Assembly (NCBI GenBank): GCA_020137815.1
Contig: CM035361.1
Location: forward strand, 4,836,001 to 4,900,000
From: Hormiphora californensis
Taxonomy: Eukaryota; Animalia; Ctenophora
DNA length: 64,000 bases
Direction of reading: 5' to 3'
Below are positions 13,201 through 32,157 of the stretch, piece by piece (within the stretch, counting starts at the first letter, position 1; each line of letters opens with the position of its first letter). A program made the translations under genes and the position numbers. The notes beneath the pieces are model-generated. The model searched no databases. It saw only the letters and a list, made by a program, of their open reading frames with translations, and was not told the origin of the DNA.

Positions 13201-16200
13201 TACTCAGCAGGTAAGATATGCTATTACCACGAGAAGTGGGGGACACAAAGTCATAACCCAATTTGATCTAAGCGACAGTGCGCTCAGATGGGGTCGGCGG
13301 CGCAAGGCATCACCCGTGACCCGTGATAACAATCTCCCCTATTTCAGAGAACCACAGCAGTGAGTAGCTGCAAGATACTTCCCAGTTATTATTCAACGTA
13401 TCTTCCACAATGTCCACAGACCAGAACTTACAAGAAAGGAGAAGAAATTGAACAGCTACCATTACCCCCTGATCTCATCACCATCCCCTCACTCTGGTAG
13501 GTGATAGTTTTGTTTCTTAGTTTCTTTAGTCCACCTGGGATTTGTACATAAACTAAAGATATATTAAACACTGCCATTACAACTATTTTAGAACCCCTTC
13601 TACTCATCCCCTTGCCATATTTCCAGGTAAACAAATATGAGTTTAGAAATCTGGTGTTGAGGTGACATGACAGCTGTGAGATGACAAGAGGGAATGGTGG
13701 GTGTGCCAGTCTCATCTCTGTAAAACGGTAGGCACCACTGAAGTTATACCAAATTATATGTAATGCACAATGCACAATGCACATGTGTATACTCACAGTA
13801 TTTTTACACAGTACAGTTGGAGGGGGGGGGTGACACGTAACACTTTGTAACATGTAACGTGCAGAAAAAGTTTTCTGCACATGTTACAAAGTGTTTCATA
13901 GTGTTACAAAGTGTTACATAGTGTTACAAAGTGTTACATAGTGTCACAAAGTGTTACAAATTGTTACAAAGTAATTTGAACGACTTTGGTGTCTTTCTAG
14001 AACACATCTAAAAGTTTTAAATCATTTCTAGGGTTAAAACATACACTTTTTTACTAATTTACGGATGTTTTGAGCCTCCGATGTCATCGAATGTGGAAAT
14101 CAGGGCTGAAATAGTCCATTTGGTAAAGAAAAATATGAACTTTAGACAACGGTAAAGTTTTTAGAGTGATATTAAAAGTATTGTGCCTCTCAGAGGCCCC
14201 CAATGTGCTGAGTCACCTGGGAGTTGTGACCCAATCGACTTTTTTTCATTGGTAATCGATTCTTTGTACTTAATAAGATGATATACAACGTTTCTGTTGG
14301 GAAAAGAAATAAAATTTTTCCAAAATCAATTTTTTGGTCAAAGATTGAAAATTTGCTTTGCTACAAATCCTTGTGTGCATGTTTGTAGATATTTTGTAAC
14401 AATTTGTAACACTTTGTAACAATTTGTAACACTTTGTGACACTTTGTGACACTTTTTACCACTATGTAACACTTTGTAACACTTTGTAACACTATGTAAC
14501 ACTTTGTAACACTATGTAACACTATGTAACACTTTGTAACACTTTGTAACACTATGTAACACTTTGTAACATGTAACGTGCACAAAAAGTTTTCTGCACA
14601 TGTTACAAAGTGACAAGTGTTACAAAGTGTTACGTGTCACCCCCCCCCCCCCCTACAGTTATACACAGTATAACAGTACACACCTACGTCATACATGTAT
14701 TACCAACACTGCGGGTTCGTCAATCGTCACCCAGGGAATCTCAAAACACAGTGGTTCACCAAGTTTACAACTGTTTCGGGAGATAGTTTTGACGTGTATT
14801 TTGGGTGGGGTGGTGTTCAAGAGGTCAGCCGAAATTTACACTGCCTCATCGTTATTGCCTGGCTCTATCCTCTTTCCGTGCGCTCCGCCCTCTTTTACAA
14901 ATGTAAAGGAGGGTTATAACATCGTTATGGGTCTTACGCAGCATGTTGAGAATTTATATATATTTGCCATTTGCCAACCTACTCTTGACGTTATATCTGT
15001 AACCCACACACTCAATTCCAGGTGTTCAACGGTTGTCCTTCTCAAAAATAGTCCATCAGAGGATAACTACTATCTCAGACCCTGCTAGTTATTGATGGGA
15101 AAAGTGGTTATGTTGTATGTCACGCTCCTCTGTTCGCCGTCAAGTGGTTATGGCATCGACATTATAAGGTGAGAGCAACCAGTGCTAGTTTATACTTTGT
15201 AGTTCTCTATACTAGTAGTTTACAAGTCAAAATATTTTAATTCTATATGTTTTCTCTCGCCCTACCTGCTACCATTCTATGAATTCTCTCTCTTCCACCC
15301 TCAGTAGCTGTCAGTCTCTCCCTCACTATCTCTCTATAGCTCTATCTACCTCTCTCTCCGCCTCTCTCAATCTCCTCTCTCTCTTTCGTTGTAGTACTGG
15401 ATAAGATATCTCACATGAGATCCCATCCTTCTAGTTGTGGGTGGTTGTCTTGCGGTTGGTTGTGTTGCGGGACCGGATCACTCGAATGTGATGTTAGGTT
15501 TTATCAGTTGTTTAGCAGACATAACCCCTGGCAACCGTGTATCTTCCCTGGGTGGTATTAATTCCACAACCTTCTTTTTCCATTTTTGGTGACCCCCTGA
15601 AATTTATAAAACTTTCCTAGTAACCCCGTAGGGTTACTAGGAAAGTGTCATGTTGTTCGGGGGCCCGAACAACATGACACTTGCTATTCCCAAGATAGCA
15701 GAAATGAAATATAACCTATTCTCTCTATAGATAACTTTACGATAAGAGAGTCGAAGGATATTTTAAACTGCACTGGGGAATCAATAATGAGTTGTCGAGC
15801 CTAATGGTGACTGGTGAGTTTACAACCCTCTAACACTGTCCCTCCTCCCTTTACCAACCCTCTAACACTGTCCCCCTCCCTTTACCAACCCTCTAACACT
15901 GTCCCCCTCCCTTTACCAACCCTCTAACACTGTCCCCCTCCCTTACCAACCCTCTAACACTGTCCCCCTCCCTTACTAACCCTCTAACACTGTCCCCCTC
16001 CCTTACCAACCCTCTAACACTGTCCCCCTCCCTTTACCAACCCTTTAACACTGTCCCCTCCCTTTACCAACACTCTAACACTGTCCCCCTCCCTTTACCA
16101 ACCCTCTAACACTGTCCCCCTCCCTTACCAACCCTCTAACACTGTCCCCCTCCCTTTACCAACCCTCTAACACTGTCCCCCTCCCTTTACCAACCCTCTA

Positions 16201-18282
16201 ACACTGTCCCCCTCCCTTTACCAACCCTCTAACACTGTCCCCCTCCCTTACCAACCCTCTAACACTGTCCCCCTCCTTTACCAACCCTCTAACACTGTCC
16301 CCCTCCCTTTACCAACCCTCTAACACTGTCCCCCTCCCTTACCAACCCTCTAACACTGTCCCCTGGGTCGGCTCTAACACTGTCCCCTTTGTCGGCTGGG
16401 TGGTGTAGTGGTAACACACTCGCCTCTCATGCAGAAGGTCCCGGGTTCGGGACCCGATGCAAGCCGTCTAGTTGACCGAGCTATAAATTGGTACAGCAAC
16501 TGCTGGAAAGTCACACTCCCTTGCACGTAGGGCTGGTCTCCAGACTGCAAGTTTAGTACTTCGGTACGGAGTGGCTTAGGACTTCAATCGGAGATAAGCA
16601 CCGCAGGCATACCCAATGATTGGGAGAGACCTGGACTTTGACTTTGAACACTGTCCCCCTCCCTTTACCAACCCTCTAACACTGTCCCCCTCCCTTTACC
16701 AACCCTCTAACACTGTCCTCCTCCCTTACCAACCCTCTAACACTGTCCCCCTCCCTTTACCAACCCTCTAACACTGCCCCCCTCCCTTTACCAACCCTCT
16801 AACACTGCCCCCTCCCTTTACCAACCCTCTAACACTGTCCCCCTCACTTTACCAACCCTCTAACACTGTCCCCCTCCCTTACCAACCCTCTAACACTGTC
16901 CCCCTCCCTTACCAACCCTCTAACACTGTCCCCCTCCCTTACCAACCCTCTAACACTGTCCCCCTCCCTTTACCAACCCTCTAACACTGTCCCCCTCCCT
17001 TTACCAACCCTCTAACACTGTCCCCCTCCCTTTACCAACCCTCTAACACTGTCCCCCTCCCTTTACCAACCCTCTAACACTGTCCCCCTCCCTTACCAAC
17101 CCTCTAACACTGTCCCCCTCCCTTTACCAACCCTCTAACACTGTCCTCCCTTTACCAACCCTCTAACACCCCTTCCTTCTCAGAAAAGAGATCTTGAAGA
17201 GGAACAGTCCGGCCCAGAAGTCAAGAGATCCCCACTGGAGCCTATGACCAAGACTGATAAGGAGATCTCATCTCGACCTGAAGCTGATGACTGATTCATT
17301 AGCTAATGAAGATATTACGATGGTGTTTATTGTTTGTGAAAGAGAGAACGATTTTAACCTTTTGTATGTTGGAACCATATTCTGTGTATTTCCATAATAT
17401 GTGTATTTTAATAGCCTTTAATGGTCCCCATATTTTCCGTCTTTACAGTGTTCCCTGTCAATGTTGATGAAACTGCTATATTTCTCTCTGAATGGCCCCA
17501 TATTTCATTTCTCAGTCGTTCTCTTTACTAGTTTCACAGTGTTCCCCGTGAATGTTGATGAAACTGCTATATTTCTCTCTGAATGGCCCTACTAGTTTCC
17601 CCCTTATATTGTTCACAGGGGCGAGTCGTCCCGTGTGTCCGGGACCAGGGGCGTCACCCTCGGTCAAGGGGTATGGGGGTGAAACCCCACATCGCAGGGA
17701 CCAGGGGCGCCGCCCCTGCGGGATAGTAGGGGGCAGTCTCCGCCAAGCAGGGCCCAGGGGTCAATTTGTTCATTCATGTCATTGTCTCTGTTTAAAACGA
17801 GAAAAGCAGGGCAATGAACAAGTCAAATCATGCCGTGTGTCAAATTTCTGAGGAATACTGAGTAAATCAGGCCGTGTGTAAGATAAATCTTACACACAGA
17901 TAGAGAGGTAACGGTATGGAGCGCGCGAAGGTTGTGTTCATGAGTAAAGGCCTTTGATTCATATTCTAAAGGCGGTTGCGCGTCTCTTCACACAGAAAAC
18001 TCCACGAGACTGCGACCTCACCCCTACGGGGTTGGTCGCTACGCGACCAACACAAAATACTCCTTCACAAAATACTCCTTCACAAAATAATCCTTCACAA
18101 AATACTCCTTCACAAAATACTCAATCACAAAATACTCGTTCACAAAACGCTCCTTCACAAAATGCTCCTTCACAAAATACTCACGTGTCAAATCCATCAT
18201 CAACGGATACAAGTTTGAACACATTAGTTTTGAAATTCTTCCCCACCATCACGAATGACGTCATGATTTCAAACAACCCCAT
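7744..18282 (-). CDS. Innexin, ~12 exons, with a 7.6-kb first intron; 'innexin B'
   Basis: Exon 1 18185-18282 (MGLFEIMTSFVMVGKNFKTNVFKLVSVDDGFD, phase 2) joins the exon at ~10475-10585 (TWNRGFMVFISVLFG...). Later exons give FAEEYCWSWG, YLKWYPIIIFYFW, LFPKMVACEVKRFG, GMCVLAGNVLYQY; stop at 7744-7746. Confidence 0.9.
11770..12110 (+). mobile_element. L2/CR1-clade LINE 3' ORF2 remnant
   Basis: HFLPVKQRKEYKICLMVYKTLHDQSPPYM...RGAFSIAAPKL*NQLPRSIR...TTFKTSLKTHF, the typical C-terminus of L2/CR1 ORF2, with an internal stop. Confidence 0.85.
12193..12552. repeat. ~35-bp minisatellite (CCACATCGATCCCTGGGTCCTTT...)
   Basis: About 9 tandem units visible directly. Confidence 0.9.
13819..14653. mobile_element. 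Non-autonomous TIR element with poly-G/GTGACACGTAACAC termini and (TGTTACAAAG)n arrays
   Basis: TACAGTT duplicated at 13812-13818 and 14654-14660; TIRs visible. Confidence 0.8.
15821..17170 (+). repeat. ~31-bp intronic minisatellite (CTCTAACACTGTCCCCCTCCCTTTACCAACC)n interrupted by a SINE
   Basis: More than 30 units between a GTGAGT donor (~15814) and a CTTCTCAG acceptor (~17183). Confidence 0.95.
16391..16646 (+). mobile_element. tRNA-derived SINE (tRNA-Val-like head)
   Basis: A box TGGTGTAGTGG, B box GGTTCGGGACC; head resembles tRNA-Val but the acceptor stem is broken; unrelated body; (GACTTT)2 tail. Confidence 0.8.
18051..18184. repeat. 15-bp tandem repeat (CACAAAATACTCCTT)n abutting the innexin B exon-1 donor
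   Basis: About 9 units; one further unit at 10810-10829. Confidence 0.9.
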
Positions 18283-19375
18283 TCTGTATACTAATCCTGT
18301 GACCTGCAGCGGCAGTAGAGCTGTTACTCAAAAGCAATAGAGGGCTCTGGGCTGTGATAAAATAATAATTCTGAAGTTGATTATGCAATGATGAGGGTGA
18401 AAAATGTAATTATTAGCTGCAGAACACAGTAATACTAGAGCCATACAGAAATCATAACTTATCACAAAAAAGACCATTAAGAGAATTGAAAGTTCTAACC
18501 CTCCCTTTGTAAATTGTATTTCAAGGGCAGGGGGGCATGAAAGACAGTGTCGGTCTAGCTTGGCAAAGTTCGACTAGATGCATCAACAGCTATAGTCAGC
18601 AGCTGATTGAGAGTAAGAGCAACGGAGAGTGGGAGGGGGTTAACTCAAGTGAGGTTTAATTATAGAAATCCTACCAACCACGACGGAACAAACTAGCTCA
18701 CCGAATATAAGCTAATGCATGTCAAGGAAAAACATGTTGTTTTGTTTTAGCAAAAAAGCAAGGTGGTCATATATTACCGTCATATCTTATCATGATAATG
18801 ACATAATTTAACTCTACATCCACTACATTGAAACTCACGCACCTACTCAAATGAATATTTAAGTCATTAATGACCCATTCAAAAAAGGAGGAGTGGAAAA
18901 GTGAACATGAATTAGCTAGGATTGTGAGATATATTTACCGAAACAGCGTGCAACTCCTCATGTGACATTTAGAGGCAAAAAACAGAGAATGTCATGTTTG
19001 TGTATCAGATTTTGTGATAGCTGTGACATGTTCTGCTCCCGACCGTGCCAGCCTGCGGCCTTGAATAACCCCATTGAGTGAGAGAGTGAGATACATGACG
19101 GAACTAAGTGAGAGAGAAGATGATTTGTTTTGGTTGGAGTTTGCATGTATGCATTCCTTTTTTAAAACTGGAAAATCATAACAAACAAACCTGTTTAAAA
19201 AGTTTTCTAGGAAATAAACTCCGGAACCACCAAGGTTTCGATTCGAAAGAACCCACAAAAAATGAGGATACTGAGTAAAAATTAAGAAAATCACAAGTGC
19301 GATAGATGCAGGGACAAACAACCGTGGAAAGTCGTGATGTTACTGTGGTCACTAAGGAGGGTGTAAGGGCGAGGG

Positions 19376-19612
<237 letters not shown>

Positions 19613-20018
19613 TCGTTCGATCAATATACTTGCATGTCAAATTTACGGAAGCTGACTAAATTTCACAAGTACACACTCGATATATTATGTGACAATAATT
19701 ATTCGACCGAGACGTAGAATAAACTAGAAGCTGCTGACCAGTGGGTAAGATTTCTTCCAATGTCACTGCATGCAGCAGTCATCCAGCAGATGAGGCATCA
19801 ATTTCAAGACACCGCCAAGGGTGGCTGCTGAACAACTGCATCGGACGGTACGCGCGCGACAAGACTTGTGTAAAAGCACAACAATCAAGCACTCGTTTAC
19901 ACGCGCAAATATAACGGCGCGCAAACCTATTCATCTAACGCTGCGCACGTTTTGAAAATGAAAATTTCGTCGCTGATGTTTCTCAAAAATTTTCCGGACC
20001 CGACTCCCGAGAAGAAAT

Positions 20019-20615
20019 GAGGCCCCTCGGAAATGTTCAAGAGGGATCCCTAAAAAAGTTCAGTATTTACACAGAGTTTACACAGTCTTTACTCAGTCGT
20101 TACACCCAGAGCGGCGCGTGCTGCGCACAGTGGCTTTTTCCAAGAAAATATTGGATTGTGTGCTGCACAAATGACAAAATTGAGCGCTGCGGCGAAAAAA
20201 GTTTCCGAAAACGCTGCAAATCGAGTGCGAAAGACGCAGTCGTTACACCCAGAGCGGCGCGGGCGCTCTGGGTGTATACTCCATTTTTTTCAACTGTTCA
20301 CCCCCCAAAGTCGTGCGCGGAATTGTTTTGCGCGTTTATCACATGTTAACGTGTAGCGCGCGCCACCCAAATTCTATGTTTTATCAAATTTCAGTTTTTG
20401 GGTGAACAGTTGAAAAAAAATGGACTTTAACGACTGAGTAAAGACTGTGTAAACTCTGTGTAAATACTGAACTTTTTTAGGGATCCCTAGTCATGCACAA
20501 TCAAGTCACGCCCACCAATCACAGCGCAGAACGCGCGAAGCACTCCGCACGTTCTGAGCTGTGATTGGTGGGCGTGACTTGATTGTGCATGACTTGAACA
20601 TTTCCGAGGGGCCTC
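20019..20615. mobile_element. Second ISL2EU-like palindromic MITE with nested AGGGATCCC element (20042-20488)
   Basis: Same TIRs and AT flanks as 2336-4941. Confidence 0.85.
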
Positions 20616-20744
20616 ATTATCCCGCTTCTTTTTTAGTTTAACCTCATTTCAAAGCCATTAGGACACTGTAAAAAAGTTCTGAGTGACTTGAGTCATTGCA
20701 GCCATATATCAACGACACAATTACCATGTTCTAGGCACCCCAGA

Positions 20745-23257
20745 ATGTCTGTTTTGTGCGAGGGGTGTGGCGGGGCGGCCACCCTACAATGCCCGACTTG
20801 TCGGAAACTCGGTCTCCCCGCCAGTCATTTCTGTAATCAAGTAGGTAAAAAAGAGATAATTTAGTTTGACGCTAATAGTAGTTGATCAGAACTCTTTCGT
20901 TGCACGAACATTATGTTTTTTTAGAAAACCTCGCCCCGAATCCAGGTTTGTTTCAAAGCTAATTGGAGTGGACACAAATCTAAACACAAACAAGCAACTA
21001 CGACAATAATGAATGCACTAGATAACGGGTGTTATATACCTTATCCGAATTATTGTTATTCCGGAAGATTACGACCATCACGGAGAAATGAGAGGAGGAC
21101 AGACGTTCCTAAACATATACGTGAGTCAAAGGACAATTCGTATCTCCAGTTGTCATAACTTGAGTCTGTATTTATTCGGAAAAAAGAGCAGGAAACACAG
21201 AACTTAATTCATTATTGCCCCTAGTCCCCCTTTCCCGAATTAATGATATCATCCAACTAATAATGATGTTCCTTTTTTAGAGCACCCCGATTACTGGAAG
21301 GACGGCACCCCTCTGTCAGAGATACAGAGTCGCGGTGTTGGCCAAATTAGGGTTTTAAACACAGAGGAGATAGCCGGAATGACTCTTGCAGGACGGGTTA
21401 GTACTATTAATACATTATGTTGTATGTTTGTTGTATAACTCTTGAGTCTTGACATCCTAGAAGTGTTGATATATAATATCTCGTGTGGTTAATGTAATAT
21501 CATGAGCCAAAAGTTGTATGTGTAACTGTTGAGATGTGTTTGGTCTTAGGATGTAGGAGTATGTAATGATATGATTACAGCCTGTGTAACTGTTATAGTG
21601 TGCTCTTAGTTGAGTCGTATCAATAACATTGTGTACTTGTGATCAACAGACAACAATATGTTGGTTAATTCATTGTGTGTATTGGCTTTTTAATGTGCTG
21701 ATATTTAAGTTTGGTAGTAATTCTCTCTCCGTGTCCTAATAATCCATGTTCCCACAGCTAGGTAGAGAAGTAATGGACATAGCAGCATCGATGGTCAAGG
21801 TACGAACTACATGTATCCCCCATTTTATGTCGATATGATTGAAGCTTTCCGTCACTCGCCTCTGAGGTTCTCTCTCTAGTTAAAATCACTTAGATCTCTC
21901 TCTTTCTCTCGCTCTAGTTAACGTATCAATCCCACTACTTCAGGTTGGGGTAACAACGGAAGAGATAGATGATGCAGTTTATCAGGCAACAATCAACCGA
22001 GACTGCTATCCCTCCCCACTAAACTACCGTGGATTCCCTAAATCTTGTTGTACGTACGTAAAATGATATCATTCAAATCTTAAATCTCAACTCTAGTTGT
22101 ATATCTTGAGTGGTGTCACGTGATGCCCATATATGGTGTTGTGTGTCACGTGATGCCCATGTATGGTGTTACCCTCTGTTCCCATAGGTCTGTAAACGAG
22201 GTGATATGTCACGGTATACCCGACCAACGGCCTTTAGAAGACGGGGACATTGTCAATATTGATATAACTGTGTTCAAGGTATTTCTTTCTCATTCGATCG
22301 ATCTTCTCTCTTCTAACTCTTTCGATAATATATGTATCACGTGTTTATCTTTTTTTACGCAAAGTCTAACTACTGTATAACATGGTCGACTTTGTATCAC
22401 CCCTAGCTGTGTTTCTCTATATTCTATATCTACATATAATACTAGGACGGTTTCCATGGAGATTTGAACGAGACATTCTATGTTGGAAATGTTGACGAGA
22501 AGGGAAGGAAGTTGGTTGAAGCGAGTTACGAGTGCTTACAACGCGCCATTGCTTCAGGTAATTCCCCTTATTTGGTATGTGTCACGTGATGCCCATATAT
22601 GGTGTTGTGTGTCACGTGATGCCCATATATGGTGTTGTGTGTCACGTGATGCCCATATATGTATGGTGTTACTAATATAATATCTTCCCTCATCAGTGAA
22701 GCCTGGAGCGAAGTATCGGGATGTGGGGAATATCATCCAAAAGTATATCAACACACAGGGTTTCAGTGTTGTGCGGAGTTACTGTGGTCACGGGATAAAT
22801 CAGTTGTTCCATACTGCCCCCAGTGTCCCACATTATGCAAGTAAGTCTATGCCCTAATATGGTATTGTCTTGTTCCCAATATAATATTGTAACATGCCCA
22901 TTTATGGAAGCTGTTAGATGTCCTATTATTATTTCCACTTGTGTAGAAAATAAAGCTGTTGGGATTATGAAGCCGGGCCATTGTTTTACGATTGAGCCAA
23001 TGATAAACGAAGGTGGCTGGGGTGATACATTGTGGCCAGACGACTGGACTGCTGTAACCACGGTAACTATGACATCATATATGTATAATGCCCTAATTTG
23101 GTATGGTGACATGTCCAAATATGGTAACATAACGCTCCCATTCCAGGATGGTAAGCGAAGTTCACAGTTCGAGCAGACTCTTCTAGTAACGGAAACGGGG
23201 TGTGAAATACTGACGGGTAGAAAGGAAAAGGGTGGACAGCCCTATTTTAAGGACTAA
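20745..23257 (+). CDS. METAP1: Methionine aminopeptidase 1
   Basis: N-terminal zinc finger CEGC...[10 protein letters not shown]...[12 protein letters not shown]; [26 protein letters not shown]; [10 protein letters not shown]; YCGHGI; FTIEPMI; [19 protein letters not shown]. Confidence 0.97.
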
Positions 23258-23542
23258 AATGTGTTGCCCATATATGGACATGATATCACGTGATGCCTTT
23301 ATTAGGAGTTTTGTTTGACATGTATGAATGATGTGTTGGAAGTGAGGAGATTCTTTTGTTTTACATTTGTCTGAGTATTTAAAGTTTTATAACTTATTTC
23401 TCTGAACCTCAGCGTCTTCGTGTGTGATTCATCCCGGCTTTATTATAGCTGAGTTTGCAGTTTGGTAGTCCCCGTTTAGATAATAATCATCTAGCTGCTG
23501 TTTACAGCTGTCAGTGCAAACTGCAATCCATTATCTCCTACC

Positions 23543-29810
<6,268 letters not shown>

Positions 29811-30110
29811 AGACGTGAAACACAGTGTTCTCCAAAGCTGTCAATTTAATTGATTTAGTACCATTATGTATCGTTTTCTTGTTAATAAAGACTTGAGGTA
29901 TGATGATCTTGTGTGTATCTGTTGTAATTGTACATTTTGTGTACATAGAACAAACAGTGCTTTTGTACACTGTCAATATTAAATATAGCCTGTAAATGTT
30001 TGATAATTGTGTATTCAGTATTGCTTTTAGTCAATAAAGCTGGGTGTAATCTCAGAATTTCACCAGTGAATAATTAATAATTGTAACTTGAATTCTTATA
30101 TGGGCATCAG

Positions 30111-31006
30111 TAGGAACCGGCGATAATATCGAATCGAATCGAAAGATCGAGAGATCGGATCGAATCGAATCGAATTGAGTAGTTTTTTGAGCCCAAAGAT
30201 CGAATCGAGATCGAATCGAGATTTTTTGACCGCCCAAAGATCGAATCGAGATCGAATCGAGATTTTTTGAACCCTCAAGGATCGAATCGAGATCGAATCG
30301 AAATTTTTGAACGCTCAAAGATCGAATCGAGATCGAATCGAAAGTTTTTGAACCCCAAAAGATCGAATCGAGATCGAATCGAAAGTTTTTTATCACCCAA
30401 AGATCGAATCGAGATCGAATCGATATTTTTTGAACCCCGAAAAATCGAATCGTGATCGAATCGATATTTTTTGATCCCCCAAAGATCGAATCGAGATCGA
30501 ATCGAAAAATTTTGATCGGTCACCCAAAGATCGAATCGGGATCGAGAAGAAAATATCAAGAATCTTCGGTTCCTAGCCAGTAGAAACCGGCGTTATTATA
30601 GGATCGAATCGAAGGATCGAAAGATCGAATCGAATCGAGATCGAATCGAAAGTTTTTGATCGCACAAAGATCGAATCGAGATCGAATCGATATTTTTTCA
30701 TCCCCCAAAGATCGAATCGAGATCGAATCGAAATTTTTTGAAAACCGAAAGATCGAATCGAAATCGAATCGAGATTTTTTGAACCCTCAAAGATCGAATC
30801 GAGATCGAATCGAGATTTTTTGAAAACCGAAAGATCGAATCGAGATCGAATCGAAAGTTTTTGAACCCTCAAAGATCGAATCGAGATCGAATCGAAATTT
30901 TTTGAACGCTCAAAGATCGAATCGAGATCGAATCGAAAAATTTTGGTCGTCCAAAAAAAGATCGAGATCGAATCGAGAAAAAAATATCCGGTATCGCCGG
31001 TTCCTA
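30111..31006. mobile_element. hAT-like non-autonomous element (tandem dimer) filled with GATCGAATCGA repeats
   Basis: TIR TAGGAACCGGCGATA; 8-bp TSD GGCATCAG; internal end-to-start junction at ~30567-30592. Confidence 0.85.
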
Positions 31007-31098
31007 GGCATCAGCCATCGCGTGACACCAATTAATCCTTCCAGGAGAAGATAAGACCACGAAAGTTTGGAGTTTCAGTTAGCAGTCTCAGTAGACCC

Positions 31099-31702
31099 AT
31101 GGATTCCGGGTAAGTGGTGTTTTGCCCAAATATGGGTGTTTTTCATCCATCTCCTCTGTGTGGTTGAGTGTTGACTGGTCACTAATACATCGCTTTCTCT
31201 CAGGATACACGGCCCTAAAGGTTGGTTCGGTGTTCCGGTAAAACAACTCAACCAAATCCACAGTGCCCGACACCTGAAAAAGGAAGAAAAGTAAGCTGTC
31301 ATTTTCATCCGCTATTGAAATATATGTACCTTACTCCATCAACTATTTTCACATTTGAAACATTACTCGATCGACTTTGGCCCACTTCCTAGATATTATA
31401 GATTCTGTGATATATATAATCCAGATTCAAAAAGTACAACTTATTTCATCACTTTGCACATGTGTTTCAGGTTGTTAGATAGTTACTGTATGTGCTGGCT
31501 CCAGCGACCCTTCCACGACATCAACTGCCAGGAGAGTTATGACGGGGTAATTGAAACCATGCTCCAGCGGCACCCCGGTTCAACCTACAACATGATCAAA
31601 AAGAGCTTGAAGGACTTTGGTCGGAAGAGGGATAGGGCTAAACCGGAGGAGAATTTGGCTAAGTTTGATTTGTTGGTTAAAAAGTACCAAAAACGACCGT
31701 GA
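31099..31702 (+). CDS. Small unknown protein (109 aa, 3 exons)
   Basis: Exons 31099-31109, 31204-31290 and 31471-31702 with GTAAG donors, in phase: MDSGIHGPKGWFGVPVKQ...CMCWLQRPFHDINC...KKYQKRP*. Confidence 0.65.
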
Positions 31703-32157
31703 AGGATTACCGCGTTGATTTTGCAGTAATTGGTGAACGTTGTACACGTGTTGTCCCTGAGTTTTATAATTTATGTGGTCTTCTGGATTGGGGGGTGTTG
31801 AGTCTTTGTTACCAATGACATGTGAGTAAAAGTAAGCTCTGCTTAGCAATCGTATAATGCGTGGACTTGGGTTTAAGTCAATTCTTTGAAACCGTGGCTT
31901 TTTTGCTTTTTAATCGAGCACTTTCAACCAGAACAGAGATCTTTTCAAGAGGGCCTTCTTTTTACTTTTTTGCAAAGAGTTTCTATGTTTAAATTTTACT
32001 CATTAATTCATATTTCCTACTTATAAAATATATATCCAATTGATCATAATTGTATCAAATTTTTAACGATAATAATTAAAGCTGCCTGCTGCTTGAATGT
32101 CATTTTTTTAACCATCCCAATTCTCACTTTAACCAGGCTTTCCCCACTTATAGCACA

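Larger units (their letters stand above)
13160..17294 (+). pseudogene. Unidentified spliced, decayed gene or lncRNA nested antisense in innexin B intron 1
   Basis: Series of AG...GT bounded exon-like blocks (~13160-13210, 13348-13496, 15022-15106, 15395-15554, 15731-15813, 17184-17294 ending KRDLEEEQSGPEVKRSPLEP...EADD*). No continuous frame can be built. Confidence 0.4.
10830..18050. mobile_element. 7.2-kb insertion with 9-bp TSD CACAAAATA and degenerate TTGG...CCAA termini (Mutator/Pack-MULE-like?)
   Basis: CACAAAATA at 10821-10829 and 18051-18059; the two ends share inverted motifs TTGG-C-CGT-GCG-CC, CCCGTAGGG, CTCGTRGA and TTCTG; it splits a 15-bp tandem array. Confidence 0.6.

Noticed and set aside
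16391-16465. Functional tRNA gene
   Set aside because: Acceptor and anticodon stems do not pair; the sequence continues into a SINE body
15821-17170. CRISPR-like or telomeric appearance of the 31-bp array
   Set aside because: No unique spacers, eukaryotic context, and not TTAGGG repeats
17184-17294. Neuropeptide-precursor-like exon with KR sites
   Set aside because: No signal-peptide exon can be joined in frame; upstream exons contain stops
30052-30872. RFDLDSI / SIRSRFD repeat ORFs (similarly ORFs at 12219-12702, 13880-14600 and 38692-40100)
   Set aside because: Translations of transposon subterminal repeats and minisatellites
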